NCBI GenBank assembly: GCA_039028435.1
Contig: JBCCIC010000008.1
Span: 110,865 to 174,864, forward strand
Direction of reading: 5' to 3'
Length of the DNA: 64,000 nucleotides
DNA from: Actinomycetota bacterium
GTDB lineage: Bacteria; Actinomycetota; Acidimicrobiia; Acidimicrobiales; UBA10347
How positions within the stretch are numbered: the stretch's first letter is position 1; the number at the start of each line of letters is the position of its first letter. Position numbers and translations under genes: made by a program. Shown in pieces: positions 46,349-55,243 of this stretch. Under the pieces are notes generated by a model. That model saw only the letters and a list, made by a program, of their open reading frames with translations, did no database searches and was not told the DNA's origin.

Positions 46349-47398
46349 ATGAAACTCGGTACCCGTCTGCACTACAGCGTCGAGGACTGGAAGCCGGCGA
46401 TCGATCGCATCGTCGAGCTCGAGCGCCGAGGCGTCGACCGAGTATGGGTGTCGGAAGCGTACGGCTACGACGCCGTCAGCCTCGTCGGTTACCTCGCCGC
46501 GCGAACCGAGCGGGTCGAGATCGGCACCGGGATCCTCAACGTGTACTCGCGCACGCCAGCCGCGATCGCGCAAACGGCAGCCGGTTGCGATCGGCTGAGC
46601 GACGGCCGCTTCATCCTCGGGCTCGGCGCCAGCGGTCCTCAGGTGATCGAGGGCTTCCACGGCGTGGCGTACGAGAAGCCGCTAAGCCGGATCTCCGACT
46701 ACATCGACATCGTTCGCATGGCCTTGCGCAAGGAACGTCTCGTGCACGACGGGCGGGTCATGCAGGTGCCGCTGCCGCCTGGCCAGGGCACCGGCCTCGG
46801 CAAGCCGCTCAAGCTGATCGGGTCGCCCGTGCGCACGGAGATTCCGATCTGGTGGGCGTCGCTGATGGCCAAGTCGGTCGCCCAAACCGCCCGCATCGCC
46901 GACGGCTGGCTGCCGACCCTCGTGGTGCCGGAACGACTCGACGAGGTTTGGGGCGACGCATTGGCGACGGGCTTCGCCGATCGCCCCGATGAGCTCGGCC
47001 CGCTCGAAATCCAGATGTCGCCGACCGTGGCAATCGGCGATCAGTACGCGGGCGGCGAGTCCGATCGAGTGCTCACCGCGGCACGCCAGCACGTCGCCCT
47101 CTACTGGGGAGGCATGGGCGCCCGGGAGAAGAACTTCTACAACACGATCGCCCGCGAGCAAGGTTTCGAGGAGGAGGCGATCCGTGTGCAGGACCTCTAC
47201 CTCGAAGGCCACAAGGCCGATGCCGCTGCGGCCGTTCCCGAGGAGTTCCTCGTCAACGCCCACTTGGTGGGACCTGCCGGCTTCGTCGCCGAACGACTCG
47301 CGGCGATGCGCGAGGCGGGTGTCACAAGCCTCAACGTGACGATGGCGGGCGACGATCCACTGGCCGAGTTCGACCAATTGCGAGATCTGGTGGGCTGA
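46349..47398 (+). CDS. LLM-class F420-dependent oxidoreductase
   Basis: EAYGYDA, SRTPA, GLGASGPQVIEGFHG and GGMGA..KNFYN motifs. Confidence 0.9.
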   Translation: MKLGTRLHYSVEDWKPAIDRIVELERRGVDRVWVSEAYGYDAVSLVGYLAARTERVEIGTGILNVYSRTPAAIAQTAAGCDRLSDGRFILGLGASGPQVIEGFHGVAYEKPLSRISDYIDIVRMALRKERLVHDGRVMQVPLPPGQGTGLGKPLKLIGSPVRTEIPIWWASLMAKSVAQTARIADGWLPTLVVPERLDEVWGDALATGFADRPDELGPLEIQMSPTVAIGDQYAGGESDRVLTAARQHVALYWGGMGAREKNFYNTIAREQGFEEEAIRVQDLYLEGHKADAAAAVPEEFLVNAHLVGPAGFVAERLAAMREAGVTSLNVTMAGDDPLAEFDQLRDLVG

Positions 47399-47407
47399 CT
47401 CGCACGC

Positions 47408-48226
47408 TCAGCGGGCGATCGTGTACTCCACCAGCTGATTGAACGCCTCGGGCTGTTCGAGGTTGATCAAGTGGCCGCAGGCCTCGACCTTGGCCAGCTC
47501 GGCCCACGGGATAGCCTTGGCCAGCCGCTCGGCACTACTGAACGGCGCGGTCTGGTCCTCATCGCCGGCCACACACATCGCCTTGACCTCGATCCGCTTC
47601 GCCTGGTCGGCGAAGTCCCAGGTCACCAGGCATTCGAGCGCTCGCCGATAGGCCGGGTCGGTGATGCGCGACATCGATGCGATCGCATTGGCACGTGCCC
47701 CTTCCGCCGGCGAGCTACCGAGCAGGCCATCGGCGATCGACGGCGCGAGATCGGCGGGGGTCTGTCCGGCGTCGAGCGGCCCGTACCGCATGGCGAGGTA
47801 CTTCTCGGCGAAGTCGCTGCCGGGACGCCCGAAGCTGAGGGAGGTGCCGGCGAGCACCATTCGCTCGACCCGATCCGGGTGGTCGACGGCGAACTGCTGG
47901 GCGACCATGCCACCCATCGAGAGACCGACGATCGTGGCCCGTCCGATCGCATAGCGGTCGAGCAGGCGAACGGCTGCCGCGGCGAGACCCGACCAGTTCA
48001 TCGGGTCGATCGGCTCGGATTCGCCATAGCCCGGCATCGTCCAGGAGATGCAGCGATGCCGCCGACCGAAGTGGTCGAGCTGGGGCAACCAGTTGGTCCA
48101 GTCGCCGCCCAGTCCGTGGAGAAACAGCAGCGCCTCGGGCCAGGGCTTGACGATGCGGTCGCCCGGGTCGGGCCCGACCACGACGTGCTCGATTCCCGTC
48201 TCGGTCGAGACCGAGTACTCGCTCAA
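47408..48226 (-). CDS. Alpha/beta-fold hydrolase
   Basis: FLHGLGG, GLSMGG nucleophile elbow, G.ED and GH...LE.P motifs. TTG start overlapping the upstream TGA is inferred. Confidence 0.87.
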   Translation of the reverse strand: MSEYSVSTETGIEHVVVGPDPGDRIVKPWPEALLFLHGLGGDWTNWLPQLDHFGRRHRCISWTMPGYGESEPIDPMNWSGLAAAAVRLLDRYAIGRATIVGLSMGGMVAQQFAVDHPDRVERMVLAGTSLSFGRPGSDFAEKYLAMRYGPLDAGQTPADLAPSIADGLLGSSPAEGARANAIASMSRITDPAYRRALECLVTWDFADQAKRIEVKAMCVAGDEDQTAPFSSAERLAKAIPWAELAKVEACGHLINLEQPEAFNQLVEYTIAR

Positions 48227-49269
48227 GCGAGATCGCCTTGGAGCTGACCGTCGACGACCACCGCAGTGCCGTCGAGCTCGACGGTGCAGCCGGCCATCGG
48301 CAGGTCGAAGTGACCGAGGGTGTGACGGCCTGCGACCTCGTTTGCGCCGGTCGAGTAGAGGAAGTTGCCGCCGAAGGCCCGCAACTCGGTGCCGTTGGTC
48401 TGGGTCTTGTCGTACATCACCATCGAGTCCCAGCGGGCCGCGGTGTTCATGCCCCAACCCACGTGGCTCACGGCGTAGGCCTCTTGGTCGCCCCACGCCG
48501 CGAAGTAGCTCTTCATCAGCCGGGCGTCGACCCCATCGCCGGCGATGTCGGTGATGTAGTCGTTCTCGATCGTGCAGGTGATCGGCGAGTCGACGTAGCG
48601 CTTGAAGGTCAGGTTCACGTCGCCGACGTCGAGCACGAGCGTGCCGTTGACCGAGCCCGCGGCCGGGAAGCACAGGCAGAGCCCGCCTGGCCAGTGGGCA
48701 ATCGTCCCGGGACGGCTGGTGTAGCCCCAGCTCGACCCGGCCGGGGCGGTCTCGACGTCGATCGTCAGGTCGGTGCCGGCGCTCGAGGTCACGCGCATCT
48801 CCGAAGCGGCCCGCAGCATTTTGGTCCCGGCCTTGACCTTGCCCTCGAGCTCCGGGTCGGGGGCCAGGCGCTCGAGGATCTCCGGGTGCTCATTGCTCAC
48901 CATCAGGGCACGAGCGCCACCGCCGAGGATCTCGGGGAGCTCAGGTGCGTGCAGGAGCCCTTCGACGGTGCAGTCCGCAATCAGGGTTGCCTGCGACAGG
49001 GCCGCGATCACCGGCCCGAGGCCGCCGATCGCTTCGCTGGCTCCGGTCGAGCGGATGGCGACCGGGGCGCTCTGGGCCCTCGTCGGCACCGTGAGCCGGA
49101 AGACCTCGGCGCCCAGACGCTGCAATGCCAGCTCGCTCAATTCGACGTTGACGGCTCGGCTCTGGCTCTCCGACAACACCGCACACACGTCGCCGGGCTC
49201 GACTCCACAGAGCTCGAACACCCCGACAAAGGCATCGATCCACTTCGCTTCGACTCGTTCGACCAGCAT
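48223..49269 (-). CDS. M29-fold protein, 2,5-dihydroxypyridine 5,6-dioxygenase (NicX)-like
   Basis: GLLH, AGTDL, PG...HWP, SHVGWG.N..ARW, R.F.GNFL.STG.N and HFD motifs. Confidence 0.7.
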   Translation of the reverse strand: MLVERVEAKWIDAFVGVFELCGVEPGDVCAVLSESQSRAVNVELSELALQRLGAEVFRLTVPTRAQSAPVAIRSTGASEAIGGLGPVIAALSQATLIADCTVEGLLHAPELPEILGGGARALMVSNEHPEILERLAPDPELEGKVKAGTKMLRAASEMRVTSSAGTDLTIDVETAPAGSSWGYTSRPGTIAHWPGGLCLCFPAAGSVNGTLVLDVGDVNLTFKRYVDSPITCTIENDYITDIAGDGVDARLMKSYFAAWGDQEAYAVSHVGWGMNTAARWDSMVMYDKTQTNGTELRAFGGNFLYSTGANEVAGRHTLGHFDLPMAGCTVELDGTAVVVDGQLQGDLA

Positions 49270-49435
49270 GGCGTCAACCTACTCGTCCGGGCCGTTGCCG
49301 AACGAGGGGCGCGTGCCGCTTCTTTTCCCGTTTCCGCCAAGGGACTATGTTCGTCCCCGGTCGGGACACCGGCCGCATGGCGGTCACGTGATCGTGTCCA
49401 ACAACTCACCGGGCCACTCATCAAGGGGGAACATC

Positions 49436-49861
49436 ATGTCGGACGGCAAGCTCGAAGCACTGCAGAACACCACCCTGTTTTCGGGGCTGTCGAGCAAGCA
49501 CCTCGACCTGATCGGCCAAGTCACCGACAAGGTGTCGGTCGAAGCGGGCCGAGTGCTGATCAATCAGGGTCAGGTAACGACTCACATGGCGATCATCATC
49601 AGCGGCGGCGCTTCGGTGTCGGTCGACGACAACGAGGTCGCCACGGTGGGCCCCGGCGATGTCGTCGGCGAACTCTCGATGGTCGACGGCGAGCGTGCCT
49701 CGGCGACGGTCACCGTCACCGAATCGTCCGAGGTTTGGCTGGTCGGTCGCGCCGGCTTCATCCCCGTCTGGGAGAAGAACGAGGAGATGTCCACACCGAT
49801 GCTCAACGCCGTGGTCGCCAAGCTCCGCGAGACCAATCACCTCATCGCCAACTGCTCCTGA
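49436..49861 (+). CDS. Stand-alone cyclic-nucleotide-binding domain protein
   Basis: LFSGL, II.SG...V and GPGD.VGELS...G..ASATV patterns. AGGGGG RBS. Confidence 0.85.
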   Translation: MSDGKLEALQNTTLFSGLSSKHLDLIGQVTDKVSVEAGRVLINQGQVTTHMAIIISGGASVSVDDNEVATVGPGDVVGELSMVDGERASATVTVTESSEVWLVGRAGFIPVWEKNEEMSTPMLNAVVAKLRETNHLIANCS

Positions 49862-49886
49862 GCCCGCAGCGCCTGGTGTAGTGCGC

Positions 49887-50969
49887 TCAGCGCTGGCCCC
49901 GAGCCGCCTCCGCCTCGGCGACGAGGCTCTGCATCACGTCGGCAACCGGCTCGATCTCGGTGGCGTAGCCGATTCCCTGACCCGCGCCCGAATGGAGCAG
50001 TGGCTCGACCTCGTGCTCGTTGATCGCGCCGAGTAGGTCGCCGACCAGGACGTCCTGATACGGCATCTTGAGCGGCGCTGGCGCGCCCTCTGCCGCCCAT
50101 TCATCCGACCACGACGTACGGATCTGGCGGAACGTCTTGCCCGAGTTGCTGCGCGTGATGACCGTGTCGGCCGACGACGCCGCAAGCAGCTTGTCGACCA
50201 GCACCGGCGACATGTGTGCAGTGTGTTCTGCCGTCGTCAGCCAAATCGTTCCGGCCCAGACCCCCTGAGCGCCAAGGGCGAGGGCCGCGGCCACGTGTCG
50301 GCCGGTGGCAACCCCGCCGGCCGCGAGGACCGGGATGTCACCGCACGCATCGACGATCTGCGGAACGAGCGAGAACGTGCCGATGGTCCCGGTATGCGCC
50401 CCGGCTTCGGCCCCCTGAGCGACGATGATGTCGACCCCACTCTCGAGGGCGCGCCGTACGTGGCGTGGGCTCCCGATCAGTGCCGCCGTGGTCTTGCCGA
50501 GCTCTTTGGCCCGCTCGACGGCGGGTCTCGGTGCGCCGATCCCGCAGGCGAACAGGTTCACGTCGCTGGCCATCACCGCCTCGAGCTGCTCCTCCTCGAT
50601 CTCCTTGGAACGGATGAAGCGGGTACGCATCCCCGGCCCGCTGGGCTCGGGAACCTCGTACTTGTCGACGATGTCCTGCACGAACTGACGGTGTTCGTCC
50701 GGGATGTGGGCCTCGATCGCTTCGCGGCTGTTGTGCTCGGGCATGCCGTCGGGCAGTACGAGATCGACGCCAAACGGCTTGTCGCCGACCAGTGAGCGAA
50801 TCTCGGCGAGCTCCTCGTCGATCTCGTGGGGGAACCGGCGGGTCGCTCCGTAGACGCCGAGGCCGCCGGCATTGGTGATGGCGGCCACGGTGGCGATGTC
50901 GTGTGCGAATCCGAAGATCGGATGCTCGATGTCGAAGTGGCGGGTGAGGTCGGTCGAGAGAGAACCCAT
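49887..50969 (-). CDS. Nitronate monooxygenase/FabK-like flavoprotein
   Basis: NAGGLGV, AQG.EAGAHTG, VLAAGG and LGAQGVW.GT motifs. Confidence 0.9.
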   Translation of the reverse strand: MGSLSTDLTRHFDIEHPIFGFAHDIATVAAITNAGGLGVYGATRRFPHEIDEELAEIRSLVGDKPFGVDLVLPDGMPEHNSREAIEAHIPDEHRQFVQDIVDKYEVPEPSGPGMRTRFIRSKEIEEEQLEAVMASDVNLFACGIGAPRPAVERAKELGKTTAALIGSPRHVRRALESGVDIIVAQGAEAGAHTGTIGTFSLVPQIVDACGDIPVLAAGGVATGRHVAAALALGAQGVWAGTIWLTTAEHTAHMSPVLVDKLLAASSADTVITRSNSGKTFRQIRTSWSDEWAAEGAPAPLKMPYQDVLVGDLLGAINEHEVEPLLHSGAGQGIGYATEIEPVADVMQSLVAEAEAARGQR

Positions 50970-51029
50970 GCGGTGCAGTCTCGCGGCTCCGGCCGGGCCA
51001 GCGTGACTCGCGACAGGCCGGCCGTCTCG

Positions 51030-51413
51030 CTAGGTCTCGAAGGCCGCGAGCAGGCGGGCGGTCGCCTTGGTGCGATAACCGTCCTCGAGGTACCCGGCGA
51101 GGTCGGTGCGGTCGACATCGGCCAGCCGAACCAGCATCGAGCCATGACCGTCATAGTGCGGCGTCGAGAACAGCACGCCGTTCGCCGACTCGATCAGCAT
51201 CGCCTTCTCGTCGACGTCGCAGAGAACTACGAGAACCTCGGTGTCGTGGACGCGGTTGCGGTCGTACTCGCGCTGACTCCACATGCGGGCAAAGCCCTTG
51301 CCACCCACCTTGAGCCCCGGTGTGCCGTACCAGTTGTCCGCAGCGATTCCCGGCCAGTCCGCGACGAGCGCGACAACATCGTCGTAGGTCAGCGGCGATT
51401 CGCCATTCGGCAT
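51030..51413 (-). CDS. MmcQ/YjbR-like protein
   Basis: YGTP.LKV.GK.FAR and F.TPHYDG....LVRL patterns. Confidence 0.8.
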   Translation of the reverse strand: MPNGESPLTYDDVVALVADWPGIAADNWYGTPGLKVGGKGFARMWSQREYDRNRVHDTEVLVVLCDVDEKAMLIESANGVLFSTPHYDGHGSMLVRLADVDRTDLAGYLEDGYRTKATARLLAAFET

Positions 51414-51444
51414 GTGTCGATGGTCGCGGCCCTGAGCTCGCAGT

Positions 51445-52194
51445 TCAAGAGCCTCGTTCGAGTGCTGCAAGGCGTTGGCGGGCGTAGTCCGGCTCCGCGA
51501 CCCATGCGTTCGCCGTCTCCCATGCGTGGCTGAGGCGTGTGGCCTGCGCGTGATCAGCGGTCGGCAACACTTCGACGCCGAGGTTCGAGAGGTCGTGCCA
51601 GCTCAGGTCCACTCGGCTCTCGTCGAAGTCGAGGAGTCCGACCCGACCGTCGTCGTCGATCCGAAGGTTGGATGCCGTCGGGTCGCCGTGGATGAGCGTT
51701 GTCGGAACGTCGCGCATCTCGGCGAACACGGTGAGAACCAGCGCGGCAACGTCGTCGGGAAGCGCATCCATGTGGGCGTCGACGCTCCGACTCGTCCGCG
51801 TGAGTTCCGGGCTGCTGAGACACCCCGGACGCTGTGGATAGTTGGGCCCGAAGGCGTGCACCCGTCGCAGCGTGGCGGCGACGAGGGTCCAGTCGTCGTC
51901 GCTGCCCGGTGCACGTCCATCGAGCCAGCGTTGAACAACGACGCCTTCGTGGTGGGGCTGTCCAGCGGTGCTGGGGACGACTTGGGCGACCCGGAAGCCG
52001 GCCGCCGCGAGATTGGCGATGAGGTCCAACTCCCAACCGAGCGATTCGGGCGACCGGCGAGAACGGCGGACCGAGACGGAGGTTGAGCCCATGCGACCCC
52101 GCCAGACTTCGTTGCGGTTGCCTTCCTGGACCCGCTCGATGAGCTCGATGCCGGGCCAGCCAGCGATCGCGATCCCGGCGAGCGACGCGGCCAT
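51445..52194 (-). CDS. APH-like phosphotransferase
   Basis: G.RNEVW, LIHGD...SN and LLDFDE motifs. Confidence 0.8.
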   Translation of the reverse strand: MAASLAGIAIAGWPGIELIERVQEGNRNEVWRGRMGSTSVSVRRSRRSPESLGWELDLIANLAAAGFRVAQVVPSTAGQPHHEGVVVQRWLDGRAPGSDDDWTLVAATLRRVHAFGPNYPQRPGCLSSPELTRTSRSVDAHMDALPDDVAALVLTVFAEMRDVPTTLIHGDPTASNLRIDDDGRVGLLDFDESRVDLSWHDLSNLGVEVLPTADHAQATRLSHAWETANAWVAEPDYARQRLAALERGS

Positions 52195-52196
52195 CG

Positions 52197-53132
52197 CTAG
52201 CGGCCGCCGGTGGCATCCATGGCGGGGGGAGTGCCGGCGAATGGCGTCTCGAGCACGCCGGTCACGGCGTCGCCGGACAGGTCGATGGCGAAGAGCGAGC
52301 CTGGGGCGACACCTTGGCGGCGCGGGTCGGCCGGCGGATCGTCGCCCTCCGCGATGCTGGTGACGAACAGGGTGTCAAGGTTGGCGCCACCGAAGGCCGG
52401 CATCGAGGGTTTGCGAACCGGAAGGTCGATGCGACGGTCGACAACGCCGTCTGGGGTCACGCGCGTGACCGCCCAGCCGTGGACCGACGCCGACCAGTAG
52501 CAACCGTCGGCATCGACGCACGCTCCGTCAGGCTTGCCGTCGACGGTCGTGTAGTCGAAGAACTCGCGTTCCTCGGTGCGGCTGCCATCTGCGGGGTCAT
52601 AGGTCCACGTGCGGACCGACATGGTCGGCGTGTCGGCGAAGTACATGCGCGAACGCGACGGATCGAAAGCGATGCCGTTCGTCACGCCGATGCCTGTCCG
52701 CTCGACGGTCGCCGTGCCATCGGCGTCGATTCGATGGAGCGAACCGACACGCTTGTCGGCGCCGGTGTCCTCGAACATCGAGCCGACCCAGAAACGGCCG
52801 GCGGAGTCGGTGCGGCCATCGTTCATGCGAATGCCCGCACCCTCGTTCTCCAGTGCGAGCCATGGGACGATGTGGCCCATCGACCAGTCGAGCCAGACAA
52901 CTTCGTGTTCGGTCGCAACCAGGAAAACCCCGGGTTGCGAGGTCAGAACGAAGGAGCCAGGACGTGCAGGCAACGCGCAGGACGTGACCTCGCCGCTCGA
53001 CGGGTCATAGCGATTGATGGCACAGCCATCGATGTCTTCCCAGTACAGCACCTGCTCGTCGCCAACCCAGAGGGGGCATTCGCCGAGCAGCGAGGGTTCG
53101 GTAGACACGACATCGATGCCAGGAGAGGTCAT
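52197..53132 (-). CDS. SMP-30/gluconolactonase family protein
   Basis: LGECP.W, R.NDG..D..GRFW.GSM, NG..F, PDG..VD.DG.YW and FGG..LD.L.VTS motifs. Confidence 0.93.
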   Translation of the reverse strand: MTSPGIDVVSTEPSLLGECPLWVGDEQVLYWEDIDGCAINRYDPSSGEVTSCALPARPGSFVLTSQPGVFLVATEHEVVWLDWSMGHIVPWLALENEGAGIRMNDGRTDSAGRFWVGSMFEDTGADKRVGSLHRIDADGTATVERTGIGVTNGIAFDPSRSRMYFADTPTMSVRTWTYDPADGSRTEEREFFDYTTVDGKPDGACVDADGCYWSASVHGWAVTRVTPDGVVDRRIDLPVRKPSMPAFGGANLDTLFVTSIAEGDDPPADPRRQGVAPGSLFAIDLSGDAVTGVLETPFAGTPPAMDATGGR

Positions 53133-53218
53133 GGCCGAAACCTACTCCCTGTCCCGCGCTCGTTCGGCTCCTCGACCCGACCGCCGCAGCCGGCGCTTCG
53201 GAACTACCGTCTCACCTC

Positions 53219-54181
53219 ATGTGCGGAACTCATGCAGCGGACGGAACGCCCATCGGCCATCACCACCATCCGGCGAAGCGGGTGTTTCGCCCTACCCCGG
53301 GCATACGGTCTCGCCGCACCTTCCTCGGTGAGTTCTCACGGGGTTCGATGGCGATGGCCGTTGTGACACCGGCCCTGGTCGCGGCCTGCTCGTCGAGCGA
53401 CGGCGGGACGACACCGGCGGCCTCGGCGAGTGCCGTTCCCACGACGGTGGCGGCGCCGACCACAGCGCCACAACCGGCGGCGACCACGGGTCCGACGGCC
53501 CAACCCTCCGCATCGACGACAGAGGAGCCGAGTCCAGCGCCCGCGGAGGATCCGACCGCGACGACACTGCCCGAGACCGCGCAACCAGAGGGCGAACCGC
53601 TGCGGTGGGCGCGGGCAAATTTGGGCTTCGTGTCGGCCTATGTGCTCGCCCGCGGCAACCAGGCCGCCATCGTCGACACCGGCGTCCCGGGGAGTGCAAC
53701 CGCCATCGGCGAAAGCCTTGCGACTCTAGGTCTCAACTATGCCGACGTCGCGCACGTCGTCCTCACGCACCACCACCAAGACCATGCGGGGTCGATCGGC
53801 GAGGTCATGGCACAGGCCGTCAATGCCACGGTCTATGCCGGCGAGGCCGACCTGAGCGATATCGACCAGAACCCGATCACCGGTCTGGTCGGTGGCGAAG
53901 ACGTCTTCGGCTTCGAGATGATCCCAACGCCCGGCCACACGGCCGGACACATGTGCGTGATCGACCACCAGGCCAGCCTGTTGGTCGCTGGCGATGCGAT
54001 CTTCGGCGATGCCGGCGGGGTGGTCGAAGGGCCCGAGCGGTTCTTCGCCGACGTTGCCGAGTCGCGTGAGAGCATCAAGGCGATGGCGGAACTGACGTTC
54101 AACACCCTGCTTCTCGGCCATGGCGAGCCGATCGAGGATCGAGCCGACACCGCGGTCGCGGCGTTGGCCAACTCGTTCTAG
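53219..54181 (+). CDS. Exported (Tat, possibly lipoprotein) MBL-fold hydrolase
   Basis: SRRTFL twin-Arg motif, VAAC, P/T linker, THHHQDH, TPGHTAGH, GD and GHG motifs. Confidence 0.82.
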   Translation: MCGTHAADGTPIGHHHHPAKRVFRPTPGIRSRRTFLGEFSRGSMAMAVVTPALVAACSSSDGGTTPAASASAVPTTVAAPTTAPQPAATTGPTAQPSASTTEEPSPAPAEDPTATTLPETAQPEGEPLRWARANLGFVSAYVLARGNQAAIVDTGVPGSATAIGESLATLGLNYADVAHVVLTHHHQDHAGSIGEVMAQAVNATVYAGEADLSDIDQNPITGLVGGEDVFGFEMIPTPGHTAGHMCVIDHQASLLVAGDAIFGDAGGVVEGPERFFADVAESRESIKAMAELTFNTLLLGHGEPIEDRADTAVAALANSF

Positions 54182-54217
54182 CTTGCTTCGCGCAGGGCTA
54201 GCTTGCTTCGCGCAGGG
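54178..54217. repeat. Exact 20-bp tandem duplication
   Basis: CTAGCTTGCTTCGCGCAGGG twice, at the junction of two convergent genes. Confidence 0.9.
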
Positions 54218-54494
54218 CCTGGCGCTCGAGGTCAGCCTTCTTGAGGGTGTCCGGACACGGTACGGCACGCATGCCCGTGATCGCCGTCCGGTTGCCGGTC
54301 TCCAAGCAGTGATGAAGGCTGTGGATGCGCTGGCTGGCCGTCGTCTTGTGAAAGCTCGGCATGAGCGCGTGCACGGCAGCGGCCACACCGGCACCGATCA
54401 GCTGCCGCGAGAAGCCCATGGCGACACGGAAGTGCTCGCCGTAGGTCTCGCCTTCGCTCTCGGGATGTTCGGTGAACCACGACAAGAGGGCCAT
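54198..54494 (-). CDS. Small conserved protein (DUF6356-like)
   Basis: FTEHP...GETY.EH...A..F and HA..P....TAS patterns. Confidence 0.75.
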   Translation of the reverse strand: MALLSWFTEHPESEGETYGEHFRVAMGFSRQLIGAGVAAAVHALMPSFHKTTASQRIHSLHHCLETGNRTAITGMRAVPCPDTLKKADLERQALREAS

Positions 54495-54608
54495 GCGGAG
54501 ATCGTACGACGAATCGCTGCGCAAGATCTCGGCCTTTCTTGCAACGAGATGGTCAAAGTGAGCAACATCCTTGCGTAGGAGCGCCTATACACGCAATACT
54601 CATCGATT

Positions 54609-55073
54609 GTGGACCAAGTTGATCGGGAAATACTGCTTTTGCTGCAGCGAGACGCCAGCCTCACCGCTCGAGAGCTCGCCGAGCACGTCGGTCTCACACC
54701 AACACCGTGTTGGCGGCGGGTGCAGAATCTCGAAGCGGCCGGTGTGATCACCGGCCGTGTGGCGCTGGTCGACCCAGCGTCGGTGAACCTCGATGTGACC
54801 GCGCTCGTGCAGATTCGGACGAATGACCATTCTGCGGAATGGCTGGCCGAGTTCGCCGCGGCGATCGACACGCTTCCCGAAATCGTCGAGGCCTACCGCA
54901 CGAGCGGCGAGACCGACTACATGCTGCGGGTCGTCGTGCCATCGATCGATGCCTACGACGGCTTCTACAAGCGGTTGATCGACGCCGTCGACCTGTACGA
55001 CGTGCGGTCGGTGTTCGTGATGGAACGCATGAAGCAGACGACTGCGCTCCCGCTCACCTACCTCGACGACTGA
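54609..55073 (+). CDS. Lrp/AsnC family regulator (DecR-like)
   Basis: D..D..IL..LQ.D, VGL..TPCWRR, G..DY.L.V.V and YD.FYK.L motifs. Confidence 0.92.
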   Translation: MDQVDREILLLLQRDASLTARELAEHVGLTPTPCWRRVQNLEAAGVITGRVALVDPASVNLDVTALVQIRTNDHSAEWLAEFAAAIDTLPEIVEAYRTSGETDYMLRVVVPSIDAYDGFYKRLIDAVDLYDVRSVFVMERMKQTTALPLTYLDD

Positions 55074-55243
55074 GCGTCATACCCGCAGTCGAACGATCGG
55101 AGTTCCGAGGTCTCGTGCTCATCGCCTGATCCGACCGGCCAGTACGTGGGTGTCCCGAGGGGAAGTGAGCGCGCTCATCAACTACGGTGAGACTGTCCGC
55201 AACCGGGTGCGGGACACGACGCCGGGCGGGCGCGGGAGAAATC

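Noticed and set aside
51445-52194. Antibiotic-resistance call for the APH-like kinases (also 23411-24481) and the Rph-like protein
   Set aside because: Only fold-level motifs are visible, and the Rph-like protein lacks the ATP-grasp domain.
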